Shown here: positions 185,987 through 197,569 of the stretch, piece by piece | Position numbering within the stretch: position 1 is the first letter of the stretch | Layout of the letters: every line of letters begins with the position of its first letter | DNA from: Hyalangium minutum | GTDB taxonomy: Bacteria; Myxococcota; Myxococcia; Myxococcales; Myxococcaceae | Reading direction: 5' to 3' | DNA: 248,000 nt | Assembly (NCBI RefSeq): GCF_000737315.1 | Contig: NZ_JMCB01000004.1 | Location: 20,001-268,000 of the forward strand | Position numbers and translations under genes: made by a program | The notes under the pieces: model-generated | Database searches by the model: none | What the model was told of the DNA's origin: nothing | Seen by the model: the letters and a program-made list of their open reading frames with translations, nothing else

Positions 185987-188356
185987 ATGGCGGATGCGCG
186001 CAGCAACGAGCAGGTAGCGCCCAAGGACCCTGTTGGATCTTCGGCCTCGCTCGCCAGGGCGCTGCCCAGCGCCCAGCCCCCGATCGAGCCGAAGCCGCCC
186101 GCCGTGGGCCCCGTGCAGGAAGTGGCCGGTGGTGTGCCCGCGGTGATGTCCTCGCTCCAGCACGCCTGGGGCGAGATGGGGGCCATCCGTGGCACCCAGT
186201 TGCTGCTCAAGCTCAACCAGCAAGACGGCTTCGACTGTCCCGGCTGTGCCTGGCCGGATCCCGATACCCACCGCTCCGTCGCGGAGTTCTGCGAGAACGG
186301 CGCGAAGGCCGTGGCCGAGGAAGGCACCCTGGCCCGGATCACCCCGGAGTTCTTCCGTCAGCACAGCGTCTCCGAGCTCGCCGCGCAGTCGGACCTGTGG
186401 CTCGGCAAGCAGGGCCGCCTGACGCACCCCATGGTGCTGCGCGAGGGCGGCACGCACTACGAGCCGATCTCGTGGGAGGCGGCGTTCGCGCTCGTGGCAG
186501 AGGAACTGAACGCGCTTGGCTCGCCGGACGAGGCTTGCTTCTACACCTCCGGCCGCACCAGCAACGAGGCTGCGTTCCTCTACCAGCTCTTCGTGCGGCA
186601 GTTCGGCACCAACAACCTGCCGGACTGCGCCGATCTGTGCCACGAGTCGAGCGGCACGGCCCTCAATGAAGCGATCGGCATCGGCAAGGGCACGGTGACG
186701 CTGGAGGACTTCGAGAAGGCCGAGGCCATCTTCGTCATTGGCCAGAACCCTGGCACCAACCATCCGCGCATGCTCACCTCGCTGCAGGCAGCAGCCCGGC
186801 GAGGGTGCCAGATCGTCAGCATCAACCCGCTGCCCGAGACGGGCCTCAACCGCTTCAAGCATCCCCAGGAGCTGATCCAGCTCATCGGGCCGGGCACGGC
186901 CATCAACCGCCTATGGCTGCCCGTGCGCATCAACGGCGACGTGGCGCTGCTGAAGGGCCTGGGCAAGGCGCTCCTGGAGGAGGATGCGAAGCGGCCCGGC
187001 CAGGTGGTGGCCAAGGACTTCATCCGGCAGCGGACCACGGGCTTCGAGGCCTACGTGGAGGCCCTGCGCGCCATCTCCTGGGATGAGGTGGTGGAGCAGA
187101 GCGGAGTGCCCGCCGATCAGATCCGCGCGGCGGCGCAGATCCTGGCGAACTCGGACCGGACGATCTTCTGCTGGGCCATGGGGCTCACGCAGCACCAGAA
187201 TGCCGTGGCGAACATCCAGGAGATCGCCAACCTGGCGCTGATGCGAGGCAGCATCGGCAAGCCGGGCGCAGGGCTGTGCCCGGTGCGAGGCCACAGCAAC
187301 GTCCAGGGCGATCGGACCATGGGCATCGTGGAGAAGCCAGCCCCCGCGTTCTTGGACGCGCTCCAGCGCGAGTTCTCCTTCGAGCCTCCGCGCAACCCGG
187401 GCCTGGATACCGTGGCCACCATCCGTGCCATGCACGCCGGGCAGGTGAAGGTGCTCTTCGCGCTCGGGGGGAACTTCCTATCGGCCACGCCGGACACCGA
187501 GTTCACCGCCGAGGCTCTGCGCCGCACGCGCCTCACCGCGCACGTGTCCACCAAGCTGAACCGGGCGCACCTCGTTCACGGCCGACGGGCGCTCATCCTC
187601 CCGTGCCTCGGGCGCACCGAGCGGGATGTCCGCACGGGCGGCGAGCAGTTCGTCACGGTGGAGAACTCGATGGGCGTGGTGCACACCTCGCGGGGCGCGG
187701 TGGAGCCCGCCTCCGAGCACCTGCGCAGCGAGCCGGACATTGTCGCTGGGCTGGCGCGGGCGGTGCTCGGCCAGCGCAGCCGGGTGGAGTGGCAGGCGCT
187801 GGTGGAGGACTACGATCGCATCCGTGAGCGTATCGCGCGTGTCGTGCCGGGCTTCCAGGACTTCAACCGGCGCGTGCGCGAACCGGGCGGCTTCTACCTG
187901 CCCAACGGGCCGCGCGAGGGCCGCTTCACCACGCCCGATGGCAAGGCGCGCTTCACGGTTCACCCGCTGCCGCGCATCGAGCTGGCCCCGGGCCAGTTGC
188001 TGATGATGACGATCCGCAGCCACGACCAGTACAACACCACGCTGTACGGACTGGATGATCGGTATCGCGGCATCCTCAATGGGCGGCGGGTGGTGCTGCT
188101 GAACCCGGAGGACATGCGCGCGCTGGGAGTCTCCGAGGGGCAGGTGGTGGATCTCACGAGCCACTTCCGGGGCGAGCAGCGCGTAGCGCGCCGCTTCGTG
188201 GTGGTGCCTTACCGGATCCCCCGGCGGTGCGCGGCCACGTACTTCCCCGAGACCAACGTGTTGGTGCCCATCGACAACTACGCGGAGAAGAGCCGCACGC
188301 CGGCCTCGAAGTCGGTGGTCATCAGCGTGACGCCTTCAGACGCGACGAGGGGCTGA
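185987..188356 (+). CDS. FdhF/YdeP family molybdopterin oxidoreductase
   Basis: DCPGCAWP, FCENGAKA, YTSGRTSNE, RGHSNVQG; Cys (DLCHE) at the ligand position. Confidence 0.93.
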   Translation: MADARSNEQVAPKDPVGSSASLARALPSAQPPIEPKPPAVGPVQEVAGGVPAVMSSLQHAWGEMGAIRGTQLLLKLNQQDGFDCPGCAWPDPDTHRSVAEFCENGAKAVAEEGTLARITPEFFRQHSVSELAAQSDLWLGKQGRLTHPMVLREGGTHYEPISWEAAFALVAEELNALGSPDEACFYTSGRTSNEAAFLYQLFVRQFGTNNLPDCADLCHESSGTALNEAIGIGKGTVTLEDFEKAEAIFVIGQNPGTNHPRMLTSLQAAARRGCQIVSINPLPETGLNRFKHPQELIQLIGPGTAINRLWLPVRINGDVALLKGLGKALLEEDAKRPGQVVAKDFIRQRTTGFEAYVEALRAISWDEVVEQSGVPADQIRAAAQILANSDRTIFCWAMGLTQHQNAVANIQEIANLALMRGSIGKPGAGLCPVRGHSNVQGDRTMGIVEKPAPAFLDALQREFSFEPPRNPGLDTVATIRAMHAGQVKVLFALGGNFLSATPDTEFTAEALRRTRLTAHVSTKLNRAHLVHGRRALILPCLGRTERDVRTGGEQFVTVENSMGVVHTSRGAVEPASEHLRSEPDIVAGLARAVLGQRSRVEWQALVEDYDRIRERIARVVPGFQDFNRRVREPGGFYLPNGPREGRFTTPDGKARFTVHPLPRIELAPGQLLMMTIRSHDQYNTTLYGLDDRYRGILNGRRVVLLNPEDMRALGVSEGQVVDLTSHFRGEQRVARRFVVVPYRIPRRCAATYFPETNVLVPIDNYAEKSRTPASKSVVISVTPSDATRG

Positions 188357-188458
188357 CAGGGGAGGGCGCCGCTCATGCTGAACGGCACCCCGTGGGTGCC
188401 AGCGCGGCGCCTCGAATCCATCTGAGGCGCCGCGGGTGCTGCGCTCACGGCCGCTACC

Positions 188459-189634
188459 TCACGAGTGCAGCGGAGTGTCCCCGGGCTTCTGCACCGGCGC
188501 CTGCTCCTGGTCCTGCGCCCCCCGCTCTGGGGCCGGCCCTCGGCGGCCCGGCACCTGCGCTTGGCCCTCGCGGTTCTGGGCCAGCGGGAGCTGCTCGCCG
188601 TGCACCTCCGGCTGGGCACTGGTGCTCACTTGCCCCTCGCGCTGCACTCGCAGCGAGTTGTGGACGTCCTTCACCCCGAGCACGGACTCGGCGAGCGCCT
188701 CGATGGCCCGCTTCTCGTCCCGGCTCTTCACCGTCCCCAGGAGGATGATCTCACCGTCTTTGACCTGGACGTCGACGTTCTCGGCGTCCATCCAGCTCAT
188801 CATGAGCCGGTCGCACAGCTCCTCGCGGATGCGGGAGTCCGAGCGCTGGTAGCCCTTCGGCCCCCGGCCCATGGGACGTGTTGCGCTCTCGCGGTAGGTG
188901 CCGCCCAGCATGCCCCCGTGCCCCAGCTCGCGATCCCCATTCTCCCGGCGGGTCATGCTGGTACCGTAGCCCGTGCGGAGGGGTTCCATGTTCTCCACGC
189001 CGGGTCCATGTCCGTAGCGCGGCTCATAGTCCCGGTGGTGGCGCTGCTCGCTGTATCGATGGCGAAGCTCGGACAGGTCGTCCAGGTCATGCAGCCCCGC
189101 GAGGTTGTAGTGGGGACGCTCCTCCCGCTCGGGCGCTTCACCCCTCCACCGCTCAGTGTCGTAAGGCCGGCTGGAGGGGCCCATCCGCTCCCCGTACCGC
189201 TGCGGGCGCCCCCGCTCCTCGCGCAACTCGTCGTGGAAGGAGCCGCTCGGACTGGCCCGCCAATCCTCCCGGTCGACGTCGCCGGGGGCTCGGCCCCACA
189301 TCTCGCGATCCCGATCGTCATACCGGCGCACGTCCCGCTCACGCCCCGGGTCCCGGAACCGCCGCTCGCCCTGCTCTCGGGGCAGCTCCCGCGAGCCAAA
189401 GTCCTCCCGCCCCCGGCCGAATCTCTTCTCGTCGGCACTCCGGGTCAGCTCATCCCGGGTAGAGCGAGCGCGCTCGGTGCCGCGCATGTCCGCGCGCTCC
189501 CAATCACGGCCCAGCCGCTCGCCCTCTCCGTAGCCCCGCTCGTCCGAACCGCGGTGGCGATCGGTTCGTCGATCCGCCTCCGCATCGCGCACGTCGCCTC
189601 GGAATCGCTTCTCATCATCACGCCTGCCTGCCAT
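188459..189634 (-). CDS. Arg/Glu-rich BON-domain protein
   Basis: GPKGYQRSDSRIREE...GVKDVHNSLRV. Confidence 0.8.
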   Translation of the reverse strand: MAGRRDDEKRFRGDVRDAEADRRTDRHRGSDERGYGEGERLGRDWERADMRGTERARSTRDELTRSADEKRFGRGREDFGSRELPREQGERRFRDPGRERDVRRYDDRDREMWGRAPGDVDREDWRASPSGSFHDELREERGRPQRYGERMGPSSRPYDTERWRGEAPEREERPHYNLAGLHDLDDLSELRHRYSEQRHHRDYEPRYGHGPGVENMEPLRTGYGTSMTRRENGDRELGHGGMLGGTYRESATRPMGRGPKGYQRSDSRIREELCDRLMMSWMDAENVDVQVKDGEIILLGTVKSRDEKRAIEALAESVLGVKDVHNSLRVQREGQVSTSAQPEVHGEQLPLAQNREGQAQVPGRRGPAPERGAQDQEQAPVQKPGDTPLHS

Positions 189635-189782
189635 CGCGGCCTCCCCCTGGGGCACTCAGCCAGCCCCATGCTCGTACGCACGCCTGGCCGCTCCTGGCCA
189701 GGGTCTCTCCTGGAGGTTCGTGTCCGTCCGGGCGCGCGGCAATGAGCCCCTTGCGTGCTCGATGGGCAGGCAGGAGAGACGC

Positions 189783-191168
189783 CTACGACGCGAGCTCCAC
189801 CCGCTCCAGGTACCGGGGCACTGCGGCCTTCCAGCCCTGGGACTCCACGCGGTTCTTCAGCGCCTGGAGCGCCGAGGGCTCACCGTGCACCAGCAGCGTC
189901 TGCCGGGGCGGTGACTCGAAGCCCTCCATCCAGCGCAGCGTCTCGGTCCAGTCCGCGTGCGCGGAGAACCCGCTCACCACGCGGATGTCCGCCTCCACCG
190001 GGATCATCTCCCCGTGGATCTTGATCTGCTTCTCCCCATCCAGCAGGCGCCGCCCGCGCGTGCCCTCGGACTGGTAGCCCACGAAGAGCACGGTGTTTCG
190101 CGCGTCCGGCAGCCGGTGCTTCATGTGGTGCAGCACCCGGCCGCCCGTGGCCATCCCCGACGCGGAGATGATGATCCCCGGCCCCTCGTGCATGTTGAGC
190201 CGCTTGCTGTCGTTCGGCGAGGTGACGAACCGCGTGCGCCGCGTGGCCAGTGGCGTCTTCCCGCGCTCCACCAGCGAGCTCATGCCCAGGTCATGCTCCT
190301 CCGGGTGCGCCAGGTAGATCGGGGTGGCGTCGCACGCCATGGGCGAGTCCACGAACACATCCATCTCCGGAATCCGGCTCGCCTCCTCCAGGTTGCGCAG
190401 GTGGTAGAGCAGCTCCTGCGTCCTCCCCACCGCGAAGGCGGGGATGATCACCATGCCCCGGCGGTCGTAGGCCCGCTTCACCGCGTTGCACAGCGCCTCC
190501 TCGGGGCGCGTCTCGCCGTGCTCCCGGTCACCGTAGGTGCTCTCCACCACCAGCGTGGTGGCCCCGCTCACGCTCTCCGGATCCCTCAGGATGGGCGCGT
190601 TGTAGCGGCCGAGATCTCCACTGAACACCACGCGTTGGCCCGTGCTCTTCAAGTCGAAGGCGCACACCGCCGAGCCCAGGATGTGGCCCGCCCTATAAAA
190701 GGTGAGGGTGATGCCCGGGAGGATCTGCTTGGGCCGCTCGTAACCGAACGTCTCCATCAGCCTCACCGCTCGCTCGGCATCCTGTACCCCGTAGAGCGGC
190801 AGTGCCGGCTGGTGCCGGGAGTAGTGCTCCTTGTTGGCGTAGCGCGCCTCTTCCTCTTGGAGGTGCGCCGAGTCCGGCAGCAGCAGCGCCGACAAGTCCC
190901 GCGTCCCCGAGGTGCAGTACACCGAGCCGTTGTAGCCCTCGCGCACCACCCGCGGCAGCCCGCCCGTGTGGTCGATATGCGCGTGCGTCAGGACGATCGC
191001 ATCCAGGCTCGAGGCCGGGACGGGGAGGGGCTCCCAGTTGCGCTGCCGCAGCTCCTTCTTGCCCTGGAATAGCCCGCAGTCGACGAGCACGCGCTGCCCC
191101 TCGTGCTCCAGCAGGAACTTCGAGCCGGTGACGGTACCCGCGGCACCGAGGAAATGGATGGAGGCCAT
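189783..191168 (-). CDS. MBL-fold beta-CASP RNA-processing hydrolase
   Basis: THAHIDH, GHILGS, ESTYG, SAHAD. Confidence 0.93.
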   Translation of the reverse strand: MASIHFLGAAGTVTGSKFLLEHEGQRVLVDCGLFQGKKELRQRNWEPLPVPASSLDAIVLTHAHIDHTGGLPRVVREGYNGSVYCTSGTRDLSALLLPDSAHLQEEEARYANKEHYSRHQPALPLYGVQDAERAVRLMETFGYERPKQILPGITLTFYRAGHILGSAVCAFDLKSTGQRVVFSGDLGRYNAPILRDPESVSGATTLVVESTYGDREHGETRPEEALCNAVKRAYDRRGMVIIPAFAVGRTQELLYHLRNLEEASRIPEMDVFVDSPMACDATPIYLAHPEEHDLGMSSLVERGKTPLATRRTRFVTSPNDSKRLNMHEGPGIIISASGMATGGRVLHHMKHRLPDARNTVLFVGYQSEGTRGRRLLDGEKQIKIHGEMIPVEADIRVVSGFSAHADWTETLRWMEGFESPPRQTLLVHGEPSALQALKNRVESQGWKAAVPRYLERVELAS

Positions 191169-191177
191169 CCCTCCAGT

Positions 191178-191408
191178 CTAGTCGCGCACGTCCTGCAGGT
191201 CGGGAAGATTGTCCGGGTCGATCTTCAGCATCACACACAGCCGCGTCAGCGTGGAGACGCTCGGCAGCAGCCGCCCGCGCTCGATGCTCCCGTAGCTCAT
191301 GGGGGGCAGGTCGACCCGGCGGGCGACCTCTTCCTGCGACAGGCCTGCCTTCTCCCGGGCCTCGCGGATGGCGGCTCCGAGGGCGATGGCCCGTTCTCTC
191401 TGACTCAT
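191178..191408 (-). CDS. XRE-family HTH regulator
   Basis: LSQEEVA...YGSIERGRLLPS. Confidence 0.88.
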   Translation of the reverse strand: MSQRERAIALGAAIREAREKAGLSQEEVARRVDLPPMSYGSIERGRLLPSVSTLTRLCVMLKIDPDNLPDLQDVRD

Positions 191409-191537
191409 GGGGGAACTCCCTGGGGGCCTTCCAGCCTAGTCCATACGACGCAATGAGTCTTTCGACGGCCCTCTTTCATTCGGGGGCTACTCTCGACGTA
191501 GAGTCGCTGTAAATTTACCCTTTGGGTTGTCCGCTAT

Positions 191538-192773
191538 ATGAAACGAGGAGCCCCTTCCATGCCGAGCACTTCCTCGGTCCATTCCCCCCTGGCCGGTCCC
191601 GTGCTGCTGCAGTCCGGTCGCACCACCTATGAGCTCGTCCGGCCCCTGGAGCACACCTGGCACGGAGAGCTGCTGCTGGCACGGCGGCACTTCGACTCGA
191701 ACATGGGGGACTACGTCGTCCTCAAGCGGCTGAGCCGCGACTGCCGCGAGGAGGACTACCGCCGGCTCATGGAGGAGGTGGCCATCAACGCCCGGTTGCG
191801 GCACCCCAGCATCGCGACCATGCACGACCTGGAGGGTACCGAGGGCGATCCTTACCTCGTGCTGGAGTATGTGGAGGGGCACCGCCTGGACGCCCTGCTC
191901 GCGCTGTCCACCCAGGTGGGCAAGCCGCTCTCCGAGGCGTTCGCCTGTTACGTGGGGGCCGAGGTCGCCGACGCGCTTCACCACGCTCACCTGCTCACCA
192001 ACGAGCAGGGGCGGTGGATGCGCCTGGTCCACCGCAACGTGTCGCTGGACACCATCATCCTGGGCAACCAGGGGCAGGTGAAGCTCACCGACTTCGGAGC
192101 CGTCTGGTCCTCGGATCCCTCGCGCTACCCCACGGAGGACGATGCGCTGCCCAACAACCTCGCGTATGCCTCGCCCGAGGTGACGCGCAAGGCGCAGCTG
192201 GACGGGCGCGCCGATCAATTCTCCTTGGCCGCCGTGCTCCTGCACCTGCTCACGGGCCGGCCGCTCATCGAGGGCACGGATCGGCTCACCCAGGAACTGC
192301 GCGAGCTGCGGCGCCGCGTGGACGAGGCCACCTCGCTGGGCAAGAGCGACAAGGCCGCCGTCGCGCTCGTGGTGGATCTCAAGGGGCAGATCCGCAAGCT
192401 CACCTGGTCCTTCATCGAGCAGGTCCGAGCGATGAGCACGCGGGATATCGCCGAGGCGACACGCACGCTGTCCGCGGGTCTGAGGCCCATCCTCCGGCGG
192501 GCCCTGGCGCCCAACCGGACGGATCGCTTCCCCTCGTGCGAGGAGTTCGGCCGGGAGCTGCGCCTGCACCTGTGGCGCATCGGCCAGCTCTATGGACGCA
192601 AGGAGGCGGAGCACGAGGTGGCGGCCCTGAGCAAGCGGGCCAAGGCGCGGTCTTCCTCCCGGGCGGTGACGGCTCCCAAGGCCACTGCGGCCCACCGGGC
192701 AGCCGCCCCCTCCAGCGGACGGCGGGGGGCCTCCACCGAGGGGCGTCGCAAGCGGGAGTCCCGGCCTCGGTAG
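191538..192773 (+). CDS. Ser/Thr kinase-like protein (catalytic Asp replaced; probable pseudokinase)
   Basis: VVLKR, HRNVS (HRD changed to HRN), TDFG. Confidence 0.8.
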   Translation: MKRGAPSMPSTSSVHSPLAGPVLLQSGRTTYELVRPLEHTWHGELLLARRHFDSNMGDYVVLKRLSRDCREEDYRRLMEEVAINARLRHPSIATMHDLEGTEGDPYLVLEYVEGHRLDALLALSTQVGKPLSEAFACYVGAEVADALHHAHLLTNEQGRWMRLVHRNVSLDTIILGNQGQVKLTDFGAVWSSDPSRYPTEDDALPNNLAYASPEVTRKAQLDGRADQFSLAAVLLHLLTGRPLIEGTDRLTQELRELRRRVDEATSLGKSDKAAVALVVDLKGQIRKLTWSFIEQVRAMSTRDIAEATRTLSAGLRPILRRALAPNRTDRFPSCEEFGRELRLHLWRIGQLYGRKEAEHEVAALSKRAKARSSSRAVTAPKATAAHRAAAPSSGRRGASTEGRRKRESRPR

Positions 192774-192897
192774 AGAGGAGGAACCTGAGGCCAGGCTGGA
192801 CCTCCTGGAGTGCCATGGCCAGCTTTGATGGCCGGTAGCGCCGGACGGCTGGCTGTGCTAGGCCGCCCCTCTCCCTCCCGAGGAGACAGGAGAACGT

Positions 192898-193305
192898 ATG
192901 GGTCGCCGTCAGATCCGCGTCGTAGGCGCGATGCTCCAGAACGACGAAGGGTGCTACCTGATCACCCAGCGCCCTCCCAAGGCGTCGCTGCCCCTGCTGT
193001 GGGAGTTTCCCGGCGGCAGGGTGGAAGAGGGGGAGACCGATGCCCAGGCGCTCGCGCGGGAGATCCGCGAGGAGATGGGTGTCGACGTCACCGTGCTCGA
193101 TCAGGCGATGCACACGCATCACGAGTACCCGAAATATGACATCGACTTCCGCGTCTTCCGCTGCCGCCTGGCCCACGCGAAGGCCGAGATCCAGCACCTG
193201 CGCGTGCACGATCACCGCTGGGTGACGCTGGAGCAGATGTCGCAGTACCAGTTCCCCGACGCAGACGCGAAGACGCTGGCGAAGCTGCTCGATCTGGAAT
193301 CGTGA
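192898..193305 (+). CDS. NUDIX hydrolase (MutT-like)
   Basis: WEFPGGRVEEGETDAQALAREIREEMG. Confidence 0.93.
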   Translation: MGRRQIRVVGAMLQNDEGCYLITQRPPKASLPLLWEFPGGRVEEGETDAQALAREIREEMGVDVTVLDQAMHTHHEYPKYDIDFRVFRCRLAHAKAEIQHLRVHDHRWVTLEQMSQYQFPDADAKTLAKLLDLES

Positions 193306-193306
193306 C

Positions 193307-194251
193307 GTGGGACGCCTCGCCGCGGTGCTGATCGCGGGCGTGGCCTGCATCTGTGCTTGCTCGCGCTCCAAGCCGGTGTCGGCCCAGCAGGACGGCGCGC
193401 GGGACGCGGGCCTCCGCCTCTATTCCCCCGCCACGGGAGTCCCCGGCTGCACCCTCTATGGAGCGCCTCGGCAGACGGGCACCGTGCCCGCCGAGCTGGG
193501 GGAGCTGTCCGGCCTGGCCGCCAGCACGCGGCACGAGGGGATCTTCTGGGCCCACAATGACTCGGACGACGCCTTCCGCGTGTATGCCTTGGAGGACAGC
193601 GGAAAGATTCGCGCCACGATGACCCTGACGGGGGCCAAGCCCACGGACCTCGAGGACATCGCCGTGGGGCCGTGCGAGCCCCGGGCCGAGGCCCCCCCGT
193701 GCCTCTACCTGGCGGACACAGGAGACAACTTCCAGCGCCGCAAGGAGGTGCGCCTCTTCCGGCTGCCAGAGCCAGAGCAGCTCGCGGACGCCACCCTCCC
193801 GGTCGAGACGCTGGCGTTCACCTACCCAGACGGTCCCCACAACGTGGAGGCCCTCGTGATCGACGCCAGATCGGGCCACCTCGCTGTCATCACCAAGACA
193901 CCGGAGTCGCTGGGGGACGTCTACTCGCTGGAGGGGCTTGGCCCCAGCGCCACGGGCAAGGCGGTGAAGCTGGGCACGCTGCGCGCACCGCAAGATGTTG
194001 ACCGGTTGACGACAGGCGCGGACCTGCACCCTTCAGGCGAGCGGTTGCTGTTGAGGACGTATACCCGGGCCTGGGAGGTGCGAGGCCCCAAGGCCCAACG
194101 CCTCCAGGAGCTGATTGCGGGAGAGGTGGCCGAGGTACCTGCCGCAAGCCAGGCGCAGGCCGAGGCCATCACTTTCACTCCGGGGGGGCGCGGCTACCTG
194201 CTCGGGTCGGAGTTCGCGGGTCAACCGTTGTATCGGACGGACTGCCAATGA
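193307..194251 (+). CDS. Beta-propeller lipoprotein
   Basis: CACS lipobox; ELSGLAAS, HNDS, DLEDI, QAEAI. Confidence 0.7.
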   Translation: MGRLAAVLIAGVACICACSRSKPVSAQQDGARDAGLRLYSPATGVPGCTLYGAPRQTGTVPAELGELSGLAASTRHEGIFWAHNDSDDAFRVYALEDSGKIRATMTLTGAKPTDLEDIAVGPCEPRAEAPPCLYLADTGDNFQRRKEVRLFRLPEPEQLADATLPVETLAFTYPDGPHNVEALVIDARSGHLAVITKTPESLGDVYSLEGLGPSATGKAVKLGTLRAPQDVDRLTTGADLHPSGERLLLRTYTRAWEVRGPKAQRLQELIAGEVAEVPAASQAQAEAITFTPGGRGYLLGSEFAGQPLYRTDCQ

Positions 194252-194387
194252 CCTGTCGTTGGCATGATGACAACGCGAGAGGCACGTCGGGTTGACGGGT
194301 TGGCGGGGGTGACCATCTTTGCCCGGCAGGTGTGACGCCTCGCCACATGTGAGCGAGGCCTGTGGGGAGGGGCGGAGCGTGCCGACG

Positions 194388-196439
<2,052 letters not shown>

Positions 196440-196503
196440 GCGTCAGGGCAGCAGGCAGCCGTGCACCGTTCGGCTGCCTGCAGCGTCCAAAATCAGAATT
196501 AAG

Positions 196504-196770
196504 TTGAAGCGAAAGGAGGCGGCGGCCGTGGAGAACAGGATCGGGAAGAGCTACATGGCTCGGAAGGCCCTCTTCGCGAAGGGTCTGCGCGAGGGGCGGC
196601 TGACAGTGCAGGAGATTGAGACGGCCCTGCCTGCGGGGACGCTCACGGCTGCGGAGCGGTGGCTGCTGTACTACTCGCTGCGCGCCGCCCAGGTCGAGAT
196701 CATCGACGAGGTGACCGGCCAGGTGGACCACGGCTTTTCGCTCGAAGAGCCCGCGCCCCAAGAGCATTAG
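196504..196770 (+). CDS. Stand-alone sigma-70 region 1.1-like protein
   Basis: KGLREGRLTVQEIETALP...QVEIID pattern. Confidence 0.65.
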   Translation: MKRKEAAAVENRIGKSYMARKALFAKGLREGRLTVQEIETALPAGTLTAAERWLLYYSLRAAQVEIIDEVTGQVDHGFSLEEPAPQEH

Positions 196771-196893
196771 TCGCACATCCCGCGTTGACAGATCCGAGGA
196801 GGCGGTTACGTTCGGGTTGTTCAGGGATGTAGGTAATGAGCGACACCCACCACGGCGCGCAAGCTCGCGTCAATTGGACGACGCAGGTTTGAC

Positions 196894-197517
196894 ATGGACG
196901 GCAATCCCCGTACCGAGAGCGGCACCCAGGATCAGAATGGCGCGGAGCAGGCGGCTGCCCAGCAGCCTGCGGAGGGCTCCGCGTCCGAGCAGGCAGAGGC
197001 TCAGCAGGAGTCCCGCCCCGCGCAGGATGCGGAGCGTCAGCGGCTCGAGGCCGAGCTGGAGTCGACCCGCCGCCGCGTGGACGAGCTGGCCCGGGCCTAC
197101 CAGGCGGTCAACAAGGACCGCGAGGAGTTCAAGCAGCGGCTCACGCGCGAGCGCGAGCGGATGATGGACGTGGAGCGCGGCAACGTGGCCGTGACGCTCC
197201 TGGAGGCCATCGACGAGCTGGACCGCTGCGTCTCCATGAGCGGCCAGGAGGCCAACTCCCCGCTGGGGCAGGGCGTGAAGATGATCCGCGATGGCCTGCT
197301 GTCCAAGGTGCAGGGCATGGGCATCGAGCGCATCCAGGTGGTGGGGCAGCCGTTCGATCCCAACACCGCCGAGGCGGCGGACATGGAGATCACCCCCCAT
197401 CCGGACGAGGATCAGAAGGTGGTGGCCGAGATCCGGGCGGGCTACCGGTTCAAGGACCGCATCATCCGTCCAGCCAGAGTGAAAGTGGCCAAGTACGTGC
197501 CCCCAGCTCAGGCTTGA
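196894..197517 (+). CDS. grpE: Nucleotide exchange factor GrpE
   Basis: FDPNTAEA, GYRFKDRIIRPARVKV. Confidence 0.88.
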   Translation: MDGNPRTESGTQDQNGAEQAAAQQPAEGSASEQAEAQQESRPAQDAERQRLEAELESTRRRVDELARAYQAVNKDREEFKQRLTRERERMMDVERGNVAVTLLEAIDELDRCVSMSGQEANSPLGQGVKMIRDGLLSKVQGMGIERIQVVGQPFDPNTAEAADMEITPHPDEDQKVVAEIRAGYRFKDRIIRPARVKVAKYVPPAQA

Positions 197518-197569
197518 CCGTTCGCCCAGCGGGAAATAGGCGAGGGGGGTGGTTGTTGCCTCCGTCGCC

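Noticed and set aside
185987-188356. Selenocysteine-containing formate dehydrogenase explaining selC
   Set aside because: The ORF is uninterrupted and has Cys (ADLCHE) at the ligand position; no in-frame TGA
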